Below, piece after piece: positions 28,143 to 35,658 of a DNA stretch of 35,658 nucleotides. The stretch's first letter is position 1. The number at the start of each line of letters is the position of its first letter. A program made the position numbers and the translations under genes. Source of the DNA: an uncultured archaeon (lineage in GTDB: Archaea > Asgardarchaeota > Thorarchaeia > Thorarchaeales > Thorarchaeaceae); contig CAZPWM010000029.1 in assembly GCA_964590575.1 (NCBI GenBank), positions 1-35,658 on the forward strand, in the 5' to 3' direction. The notes under the pieces were generated by a model. It saw only the letters and a list, made by a program, of their open reading frames with translations, did no database searches and was not told the origin of the DNA.

Positions 28143-30344
28143 TTGAGCACCTTGAAGGAACTAGAGCGCCAGCAGGTCGCACCCCGTTTGTTGGAATTGC
28201 TCAGACGGCAAGGACTTGCCACACTCACTAGATTTCAGTCCGCCTCAGTTTCTCAAGGAATAATGAGAAGAACCAGTCAGATTCTCGTAACATATGACTA
28301 TGATGAAGCCTATCTGATAGGAGAGGTTGCACTTCTAAATCGCGTTGCTTCGGATCATAGAGCAAGAGCTGTTGTTCTTTGTCCAAATCCGCATCAAGCA
28401 GAAAAACGATTTCGAACAATAAGCCAGAAATGTCTTCGTTTAGGCATCGAGGCTTCAGATATCAGCCTGAGAAGGACTGCAACACGGAAGAGTGCAAGCT
28501 CTGGCAGAGTTATAGTTGGGACCTATACTTCACTGGACATTGCTTCACAAGTCAATCCGGATATTCTTGAAGGAGTGGTCTTTGTGTTGGTTGATCGGTT
28601 AGATTTGATTGGTCAGCCAGATATTGGAGCACGGCTCGAAACAGTTCTTGTTACATTATTGGGCAGGACAGATATTCAGTATGTGGCTATTTGTCCACCT
28701 CTTGAGGACATGGATGAGCTTAGTAAATGGTTGAGCGCAGAAATCGTAGAGGACCCTAAGACTGACATGAAAATGATTTTCAGTGTGAAGACCTTTGAAT
28801 CCTCAGATGATTCACTAGCAGACCTAACAGAGTTTGTCACCTATCGTCAGGGGCAAGTGATGATACTCTGTTCAAATATTACCACCTGTGAAGATCTAGC
28901 GCTCGAACTCGCAGGTATTAAAAAAGGCAGTAAGACAACAGCTATTAGTCTAAGACTATCACCAGAACATAGAGATGATCTCAAACATCTTGCACAAGAC
29001 ATTAAGAGAAAGTATCCACAATGTGAAACCACTGTAAAGCTGAGCCAAGCAATATCTAAGGGAGTTGCTTTTATCCATCGAGGAGTTGGAATTGTTCAAA
29101 GGAGATTGCTCTCAGAGGCATGGGAGGAAGGACTACTACCAGTTATTGTAATGCCAACTCGTTTTGCTATTGCAAGTGGATTACGAGCTACGGTTGTATT
29201 TCTGATGAGTGTTTTTATGCAAGAGTATGGAAAGGAAATATCTCAAGAAGATGCAGTTACAATATTGTCTGATTGGCAGCTGAGTGATGTTCTTGAAGCA
29301 GCGGGAAGAAGGGGGATTGACAATGAGGCATTTGGCATTGTTGTGGTTGACAACGAATCAGAAAGAATCCGAGTGATTGCAAAGTATTTCGAGAAAGATG
29401 CGAAAGGCAATTTGAGGCTGAGGCTAGGTGAAGTAGGCAGTGTAATGGATGAAACTGAGAATGTGCAGGATTTAGTGTTGAGACAGTTATGCGGAAAATC
29501 TAAGAAAGATGAAGACCCCTTCTCAATAATCGATCGCACATTCTGGGGAAGCAGTAGTCTTGTAACAGATATTAGACAGACTGAAAGGCAAGATGAAGCA
29601 GCTGTGGAGAACCTACTTACACTCCGTTCTACAAGAGCTACCGTTTCAAAAGCAAAAGAGATACCTGATAAGAGTGTCAAGCTTGTTTCAGTTCGACCAG
29701 ATAAGATAGAAGGTCTTGTGCACAGTGGAAGTAGAGAGATTTGGCATTATACAACATTGAGGGCAAAAGATGGTGTTTCATGCTCCTGTGAGTCGTGGAA
29801 ATATCAAGGAATTAGAAAACACAGACTCTGTAAACATCTGATAAAATTCGCAAGATATGCACTCAATGAGGAAGGCACCAAACCCTATGCCGCAGGTGTG
29901 ATATTGCAGGCTCTCCGAGGACTTGAAGTATATGATGAGCTAGAGGCGGATGGATTAATTATTCGCGATAAAAAAAGCACACGATGCACTAAACTGGGAG
30001 CAGACGTATCTGTTCTTGGAGTACCTGTGAAGGATGCAAAACGGGTGATGAAGGCAATTGCTGATAAAAAGAGCGACTTGAAGACTATACTGCGGAATAT
30101 TGTGTTGGCTCGGACTACTATTCCGAAAGAAGTTGTGACGCGTGTGTTAAGTAAATTGCCAGCAAAGAGTATTGAAGACATCCTATGTGAAGAAGACATG
30201 CCGGGTATTGTTGAGAACTGCTTGGAAGAGCTGGAGTACGCTAATTCAATCATCCTTAAACTCTTAGATTCCAAGCATGGTGCGAGAGAAGAGAGCAAGA
30301 ATCTTGAAGAAAGTCTGTTTCTATTATTAGAGTCCGTGAGGTAA
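28143..30344 (+). CDS. Ski2/Hel308-like SF2 helicase-fold protein with degenerate motifs and a SWIM zinc finger
   Basis: Q motif LTRFQ, IGARLE, LSKWLSAE, GVAFIHRG and AGRRGID. Walker A and DExH are absent. SWIM CSC-x13-CKH at 29781-29837. Confidence 0.8.
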   Translation: MSTLKELERQQVAPRLLELLRRQGLATLTRFQSASVSQGIMRRTSQILVTYDYDEAYLIGEVALLNRVASDHRARAVVLCPNPHQAEKRFRTISQKCLRLGIEASDISLRRTATRKSASSGRVIVGTYTSLDIASQVNPDILEGVVFVLVDRLDLIGQPDIGARLETVLVTLLGRTDIQYVAICPPLEDMDELSKWLSAEIVEDPKTDMKMIFSVKTFESSDDSLADLTEFVTYRQGQVMILCSNITTCEDLALELAGIKKGSKTTAISLRLSPEHRDDLKHLAQDIKRKYPQCETTVKLSQAISKGVAFIHRGVGIVQRRLLSEAWEEGLLPVIVMPTRFAIASGLRATVVFLMSVFMQEYGKEISQEDAVTILSDWQLSDVLEAAGRRGIDNEAFGIVVVDNESERIRVIAKYFEKDAKGNLRLRLGEVGSVMDETENVQDLVLRQLCGKSKKDEDPFSIIDRTFWGSSSLVTDIRQTERQDEAAVENLLTLRSTRATVSKAKEIPDKSVKLVSVRPDKIEGLVHSGSREIWHYTTLRAKDGVSCSCESWKYQGIRKHRLCKHLIKFARYALNEEGTKPYAAGVILQALRGLEVYDELEADGLIIRDKKSTRCTKLGADVSVLGVPVKDAKRVMKAIADKKSDLKTILRNIVLARTTIPKEVVTRVLSKLPAKSIEDILCEEDMPGIVENCLEELEYANSIILKLLDSKHGAREESKNLEESLFLLLESVR

Positions 30345-30414
30345 CATTTTTACGTAGGTAGACTCGTGGCGGCTTAGTCTTGGACAGTATTGAATCCACT
30401 GCGGTGATTGATCA

Positions 30415-31560
30415 ATGAAATTGTTTGAACATGAGGCAAAGGATATCTTCCGAGCCTTCAATATGCCAACTCCTCCGGGAGGGGTTGCTATGACTCCAAA
30501 AGAGGCAAAGGAGCGAGCATCAGAGGTTGGAAAACCTGTTGTCGTAAAGGCAATGGTACTCGCAGGTAAGCGAGGAAAAGCAGGAGGTGTTAAATTCGCA
30601 GATACTCCGCAGGAAGCAGAAAAATTCGCTGAAGAAATTCTTAAGATGCGTATCAACGACCTCCCTGTAGAAGCCGTCTTAATCGAGGAAAAACTAGACA
30701 TTGAACAGGAAATCTACGCGGGGATTACGATTGACAGGAATGAAAGGAAGTATGTCGTAATCGGTAGTGCAGCTGGAGGGATGTCAATCGAAGAACTGGC
30801 TGAGGAAAGTCCGGACAAGATCATCAAGATGTACGTTGAACCAAGTCTTGGTTTTCAGCCCTTTGAAGCTCGTCAGATGGCAATAGCAATGGGTTTCAAG
30901 GGCAAGCAAATCAATCAGCTTGGTAGCTTCTTCCTGAAGCTCTGGAATATTGTCGAGGCTTATGATGTTGAACTAACTGAAATCAATCCGCTCATTCTAA
31001 CCAAGGATGGTAAATTCTACGCTGCAGACGCAAGGCTGAATATCGATGACAACTCGCTCTTCAGACACAAATCTATCATTGAGAAGCTCAAACGTGAACC
31101 TGTTGAGCAGAATGAACGTGAGAGATTAGCCACTGAAAATGATATGGCTTATGTTGAACTTGAGGGAAACATCGCATGCATCTGCAATGGTGCAGGTCTT
31201 ACAATGGCAACATTGGACGCAGTATCACTCTTTGGAGGAAAAGCCAGTACATTTCTTGATCTTGGAGGTGGAGCAGATGCTGAGAGAGTTGAGAGAGGGA
31301 TAGAGATTGTTTTGATGTATCCTAAGGTGAAAGCAATCCTAGTCAACATAATGGGAGGTATCACAAGATGTGATGAGGTTGCTAAGGGCATTCTAGCCGC
31401 AAGGAATGATGGGGATATCACTGCACCCATGGTGATTCGTATGGTAGGAACTAACGAAGAAGAGGGTCAAGAGATACTCAAAAACGCAGGGATACCTTTC
31501 CTCAAGACGATGGAGGAAGCAGCTTCAAAGGTGGTTGAACTTGTGAAGGAGGTAGCATAG
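30415..31560 (+). CDS. sucC: Succinyl-CoA ligase (ADP-forming) beta subunit
   Basis: MKLFEHEAK, GKRGKAGGV, EINPL, NGAGLTMATLD and GGITRCDEVA. Confidence 0.97.
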   Translation: MKLFEHEAKDIFRAFNMPTPPGGVAMTPKEAKERASEVGKPVVVKAMVLAGKRGKAGGVKFADTPQEAEKFAEEILKMRINDLPVEAVLIEEKLDIEQEIYAGITIDRNERKYVVIGSAAGGMSIEELAEESPDKIIKMYVEPSLGFQPFEARQMAIAMGFKGKQINQLGSFFLKLWNIVEAYDVELTEINPLILTKDGKFYAADARLNIDDNSLFRHKSIIEKLKREPVEQNERERLATENDMAYVELEGNIACICNGAGLTMATLDAVSLFGGKASTFLDLGGGADAERVERGIEIVLMYPKVKAILVNIMGGITRCDEVAKGILAARNDGDITAPMVIRMVGTNEEEGQEILKNAGIPFLKTMEEAASKVVELVKEVA

Positions 31561-32430
31561 ATGGCAATTCTTGTTGACAAGGACACTAAGGTCATAGTTC
31601 AAGGGATCACTGGTGGCCAGGGAACATTCCACTCTGCTGCAATGCAAGCCTATGGAACAAAGATAGTCGCTGGAGTGACGCCTGGCAAGTCTGGAGAAAA
31701 TGTCAATGGCGTACCAGTCTATGATAGCGTTATTGAAGCAAAAGAGGCTCAGAAAGCAAATGCTTCGATCATCTTCGTTCCAGCTCCATTTGCTGGAGAT
31801 GCTGCTCTTGAAGCCATAGCAGCGAACCTAAACCCAGTTGTCCTGATTACCGAACATGTGCCTGTTAAAGACGAGATTCGTGTAATTCACGCTGCTAAGG
31901 CAAAAGGAATCACAGTGATTGGTCCAAATACACCAGGAGTTATTACGCCTGGTGTAAAACAGAAGGTTGGGATAATGCCAGGTCATGTCTTTTCTCATGG
32001 TGATGTTGGACTCATGTCACGTAGTGGAACATTGACATATGAGATTGCAGCCGGAATGACCAATGCAGGGATTGGAATATCAACAGCACTTGGTCTAGGC
32101 GGCGATCCATGTGTAGGACTCACAACAATTGAAGCTGTAAAACTGTTCAAGGAGGATAGGAACACTAAGGCGCTTGTCTTAGTAGGTGAGATTGGTGGAG
32201 ACGCTGAAGAACGAGCTGCAGCCTATATCAAGGAAGAGTATGATCTTCCAGTGGTTGGGTTTATTGCAGGAAGGACTGCACCCCCCGGAAAGCGTATGGG
32301 ACACGCGGGTGCCATAATAAGTGGAAGTTCAGGAACAGCAGCCGCGAAGATCAAGGCTCTGAAGGATGCAGGCATCGCAGTGGCAGACAAGCCAAGTGAT
32401 GTTGCAAGGCTCCTAAAAGAAGCGTTGTAA
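31561..32430 (+). CDS. sucD: Succinyl-CoA ligase alpha subunit
   Basis: QGITG, GPNTPG, SRSGTLTYE and RMGHAGA (phospho-His). Confidence 0.97.
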   Translation: MAILVDKDTKVIVQGITGGQGTFHSAAMQAYGTKIVAGVTPGKSGENVNGVPVYDSVIEAKEAQKANASIIFVPAPFAGDAALEAIAANLNPVVLITEHVPVKDEIRVIHAAKAKGITVIGPNTPGVITPGVKQKVGIMPGHVFSHGDVGLMSRSGTLTYEIAAGMTNAGIGISTALGLGGDPCVGLTTIEAVKLFKEDRNTKALVLVGEIGGDAEERAAAYIKEEYDLPVVGFIAGRTAPPGKRMGHAGAIISGSSGTAAAKIKALKDAGIAVADKPSDVARLLKEAL

Positions 32431-32464
32431 AGCATTTCATGGAATCTTTTTGTGGAACGAGCAC

Positions 32465-32476
32465 AAGCTTTTAAAA
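32465..32476 (+). promoter_or_regulatory. BRE-TATA for the rpl40e-tRNA-rpl38e unit
   Basis: AAGCTTTTAAAA upstream of rpl40e. Confidence 0.5.
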
Positions 32477-32551
32477 CACAACACAGCTGGAAAGCCGAGC
32501 GGGCTAACTAGAAACTACTCTGTTTGCCTTCAATGATATGAGGTCTAAAGG

Positions 32552-32710
32552 ATGCCAGTAGCTGACATCGAAAAACGTAGGCTAGCACAGCACTATCAGC
32601 TGTACAAGTCCATTTGCCGATATTGTGGAGCAACTAACCCAATGAAGGCAAAGAAGTGCAGAAAATGTAAGACAAAGGACCTCAGACCAAAGAGGCGAGC
32701 CAAGAAGTAG
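32552..32710 (+). CDS. rpl40e: 50S ribosomal protein L40e (missing from the ORF track)
   Basis: 52 aa [52 protein letters not shown]; CxxC...CxxC...LRPK; SD GAGGT. Confidence 0.95.
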   Translation: MPVADIEKRRLAQHYQLYKSICRYCGATNPMKAKKCRKCKTKDLRPKRRAKK

Positions 32711-32735
32711 TTCTTAGCGGGTTACGCCAAAATGG

Positions 32736-32866
32736 GGGCCGGTGATCTAGTTGGTTATGATGCCGCCTTCACAAGCAGGACTCATTTGAATTCCTTGGAG
32801 TTCCATGGATTGGGTCCCGGCTGAAACCGGCGGAAATCGAGAGTTCGAATCTCTCCCGGCCCACCA
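32736..32866 (+). tRNA. tRNA-Val(CAC) with a 54-nt intron at 37/38 (32774-32827) and encoded CCA
   Basis: Acceptor GGGCCGG/CCGGCCC-A-CCA; anticodon stem CCGCC/GGCGG; loop TT-CAC-A^C; T arm GAGAG-TTCGAAT-CTCTC; BHB helix TTCA/TGAA with CAA and ACC bulges. Confidence 0.93.
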
Positions 32867-32894
32867 CATTACAACAATAGTATGGTGCTTAACA

Positions 32895-33110
32895 ATGCCA
32901 AAACAAATCCATGATGTTGACAAATTCCTCGAAATGAGTGAGGATGCAGAGGAGTGTCGTGTTAAGAGAAGCAAAGATCAAGTCAAGCTCAAGCTCCGTA
33001 CTAAGGGTTATCTCTATACACTCATTGTTGAGCCTCAGAAGGCAGAGGAGATTCTCCAGCAGGTCAAGTGTCAGGTTATTGAGGCTAGATCCGGTAACGA
33101 GAAATCCTAA
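32895..33110 (+). CDS. rpl38e: Ribosomal protein L38e
   Basis: MPKQIHDVDKFLE...CRVKR...VKLKLRTKGYLYTL. Confidence 0.93.
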   Translation: MPKQIHDVDKFLEMSEDAEECRVKRSKDQVKLKLRTKGYLYTLIVEPQKAEEILQQVKCQVIEARSGNEKS

Positions 33111-34372
33111 ATCTCAACAGACTCATTTATTTCTGGAACATGAGCCACACGTTTTCGTCGCTCTAATCTCTCAGCTAGTGCGTCACATGATTCAGACTCA
33201 CCATGGACTATGTAGAATTTCGGCTCCCCAGGGATTTTCAATAGCATATCCAGCATACCCTTTGAGTCAGAGTGTGACGAGAGATGATGTTGAAGGACAT
33301 CAGCAGTCACTTCGAATAATCTTCCACCAACAGTGACTTTTCGTGTTGCTAGTAATTCTGCTCCAGGGGTACCAGGAATTTGGTAACTCACCAGAATAAT
33401 GGAGTTCTTCGGGTCATCATGAACTATCTTGAAATAAAGATGTGATGCGCCTCCCTTTAGCATCCCTGCAGGTGAAATTATTACTCCACCCTTCTTTACC
33501 GCATTTGCGCGGTCTCGATTGTCGATAATGATGTGGGATCGCTTGACAGCACGCTGGAAAGCTTGAGGACTCTGAAGGTACTCCGGATGCTTCACAAGAA
33601 TATCATTCACTCCTCGAGCCATTCCATCTACATAAATTGGGTATTTCTGTGGTAGGCCATTTCGTTCAAGGATACACATTATCTCCTGACTTCGACCCAC
33701 TGCAAAGGCTGGTATCAGGACTGTACCGCCGCGTTCCAGTGTTTCAATCACCGAGTCCATAAGAGCAACTTCAATATCTTCTCGATTGGGATTGGTTCGC
33801 CGCGCATAGGTACTCTCGGTTACAACAATATCGTGTTTTGGAAGGTTCTTTCTAGCACCAGGAGTGAGTTGAGATTCTATAGCATTGAAGTCTCCTGTGA
33901 ACAAAATCCTCTTACCATTTGCTCTGACTGAAACCATTGAACTTCCAGGGATATGACCTGCATTGAAGAGGGTCATCTCAAAATGATGTCCCAGTGGGAC
34001 CGTTTCTTCGTATGCTGTTGCTTGGCATTGTCGTTTTACAAGAGCAACATCCTTGAGTGTGAATGGTAGCGGACCTCTAGAGATCTTAAACATGTCACGA
34101 AGTAGTAAGATACTCAAATCACGAGTGGCTGGAGTGCAAAATAATGATGCCTCACTATTAGCAAGTATCCGCGGAATTCCTCCCGAATGGTCCAAGTGAG
34201 CATGTGTCAGTGCAACGCCCTGTAATCCGCCTGTGGGAATCATATCTGGAAATGAAGGAGGCTCTGTAAACTTCACACCATAATCCACTAAGACGCTTTC
34301 GTCGTTCTGCTCAACAAAGAACCCTGACCGACCAATTTCGCGGCAAGAGCCTAGAAATGTTATCTGTGACAT
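33107..34372 (-). CDS. MBL-fold beta-CASP ribonuclease (no KH domains; aCPSF2-like)
   Basis: THAHLDH, AGHIPGS, FTGD, ESTY, FAVGRSQE, SSHSD and VHGE. Confidence 0.92.
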   Translation of the reverse strand: MSQITFLGSCREIGRSGFFVEQNDESVLVDYGVKFTEPPSFPDMIPTGGLQGVALTHAHLDHSGGIPRILANSEASLFCTPATRDLSILLLRDMFKISRGPLPFTLKDVALVKRQCQATAYEETVPLGHHFEMTLFNAGHIPGSSMVSVRANGKRILFTGDFNAIESQLTPGARKNLPKHDIVVTESTYARRTNPNREDIEVALMDSVIETLERGGTVLIPAFAVGRSQEIMCILERNGLPQKYPIYVDGMARGVNDILVKHPEYLQSPQAFQRAVKRSHIIIDNRDRANAVKKGGVIISPAGMLKGGASHLYFKIVHDDPKNSIILVSYQIPGTPGAELLATRKVTVGGRLFEVTADVLQHHLSSHSDSKGMLDMLLKIPGEPKFYIVHGESESCDALAERLERRKRVAHVPEINESVEI

Positions 34373-34534
34373 AAATTATAACTTCCCATGCCCGAAGCAA
34401 CGCAAAGTGAAGAAAAAGGTTTGGAGCTGTTACCAAAAACTCGGACAAAGATGGACATCAGCTAACGATTATTTGTTGAATGAAGGTATTTGTATGAGCT
34501 TTTATTCCTTCACAATCACTACTTCATGACTCTG

Positions 34535-35658
34535 ATGTTGGTTCACAAAGCTTATCGATATGAACTTGACCCTAACAATTCACAGAAATCATCTCTTTTC
34601 CAGCATGCAGGAGTAGCTCGTTTTGCTTACAACTGGGGTCTTGAACAACGAATCATGCTCTTCAAGAGCAATCAGGGAACAGGCCAATTCACTGACGCTA
34701 TGAAACAACACAAAAAACTAAACAGACTGAAGAAGACTTGCTTTCCATGGATGTATGAATGTTCGAAGTGTGCCCCACAAGAAGCCCTTAGAAACCTAGA
34801 TAAAGCCTTCCGAAATTTCTATCGAGGTAGGAGGACGGGGAAGAGTGTAGGATTTCCCAAATTCAAGAGAAGAGGTGTGCAAGATTCTTTCAGAATGACA
34901 GGGACCATACGGTTCGAAGGGGGATATCTTCAACTCCCCCGGATAGGAAAAGTACGGGTTAAGGAGAAGAGAGAGGGATACCATAATGGACGAATTCTTT
35001 CTGTCACAGTGAGGAGAAGCGCTGACCGATGGTTTGTATCCATTACTGTAGAGGAAGAACTAGCCGACCCTACGTCAATACAAGGACCAAAAGTAGGCGT
35101 GGATCTTGGGATAAAGACTCTGGCAACGCTCTCTGATGGAACAACCTTCCCAAATCCTCGAGCCTTAGGAAGACGACTTAAGAAATTGAAACGATTATCA
35201 AGGAGTCTATCTAGGAAGAAACAGGGGAGTAAGAACCGTGAAAAGGTAAAGCTCAGACTTGCCAAGATGTATCTGAAGACCTCCTATATCAGACAGGACA
35301 CGCTTCACAAGTTGACGACCTATCTTGCCAAAAGCCACGGCACAATAGTGATTGAAGACTTGCATGTGTCAGGAATGATGAAGAATAGGAAGTTATCAAG
35401 AGCCATTGCAGATGCGGGGATGTACGAGTTCAGAAGACAGCTGGAGTACAAATGTCAGTGGTATGGATCACAACTCGTCGTCGCATCAAGAACCTATCCT
35501 TCATCAAAGACCTGTTCTAACTGTGGGAACAGGAAGAAGGAATTATCACTCTCAGAGAGAGAGTATGTATGCGAAGCGTGTGGAATACGAATCGACCGAG
35601 ATTTGAATGCTGCACGTAATCTAGTCACCGTCAGTTTGCCGGAGACTCAAACTGCCTG
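34535..35658 (+). mobile_element. tnpB: IS200/IS605/IS607-type TnpB RNA-guided nuclease gene (3' truncated by the window; alternative start 34526)
   Basis: Open frame MLVHKAYRYELDPNN...ARFAYNWGL...GFPKFK...GVDLG...IEDL...CSNC...CEAC...DRDLNAARNL with no stop before the window end; absent from the ORF track. Confidence 0.93.

Noticed and set aside
32768-32772. TCA triplet read as a tRNA-Sec or opal suppressor anticodon
   Set aside because: The CCGCC/GGCGG stem and BHB register place CAC at 34-36. The 7-bp acceptor stem and short variable loop are not Sec-like.
32747-32974. ORF 32747-32974 (-) and the extended start of rpl38e at 32805
   Set aside because: Both overlap the tRNA; eL38 homology begins at MPKQI (32895).
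2020-33336. Many antisense or overlapping ORFs in the track (e.g. 2020-2523, 11126-11548, 12780-13235, 24530-25093, 29243-29680, 32938-33336)
   Set aside because: They are shadows of well-supported genes, with no recognisable motifs.
34373-34525. tnpA remnant or IS left-end hairpin
   Set aside because: No HUH/Y1 or serine-recombinase remnant and no convincing hairpin was found by eye, so the element boundary is undefined.

Overview
This window looks like core chromosome from an archaeon, most likely an Asgard (inferred Thorarchaeia-like). The evidence is two profilin-fold genes, stand-alone eL40 and eL38, a tRNA-Val with a BHB intron, BRE-TATA promoters and GGTGA/GGAGG Shine-Dalgarno (SD) sites. 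Left to right it contains: a 5'-truncated GNAT; an ABC-2 exporter operon with wHTH and TrmB regulators sharing a TGTCAC-N7-GTRACA palindrome; an unannotated minus-strand cassette of three micro-ORFs (two share a TDAIxxxYxxR motif) with its own promoter and terminator, divergent from an ArsR-like regulator; two tandem profilin-like genes; DUF167; an OPT transporter with a duplicated N-terminal membrane module; a five-gene MoxR/DUF58/DUF4350 operon led by a 2064-aa Ig-repeat surface protein whose transglutaminase triad appears lost; HD, CYTH, ThrC-like, cytosine deaminase, Nop2/RsmB, Nip7 and PAC2 genes; a degenerate Ski2-like pseudo-helicase with a SWIM finger; sucCD; rpl40e, tRNA-Val and rpl38e; a beta-CASP nuclease; and a solo tnpB, open with catalytic motifs present, running off the right edge. 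All family assignments come from motif recognition by eye; no searches were run.
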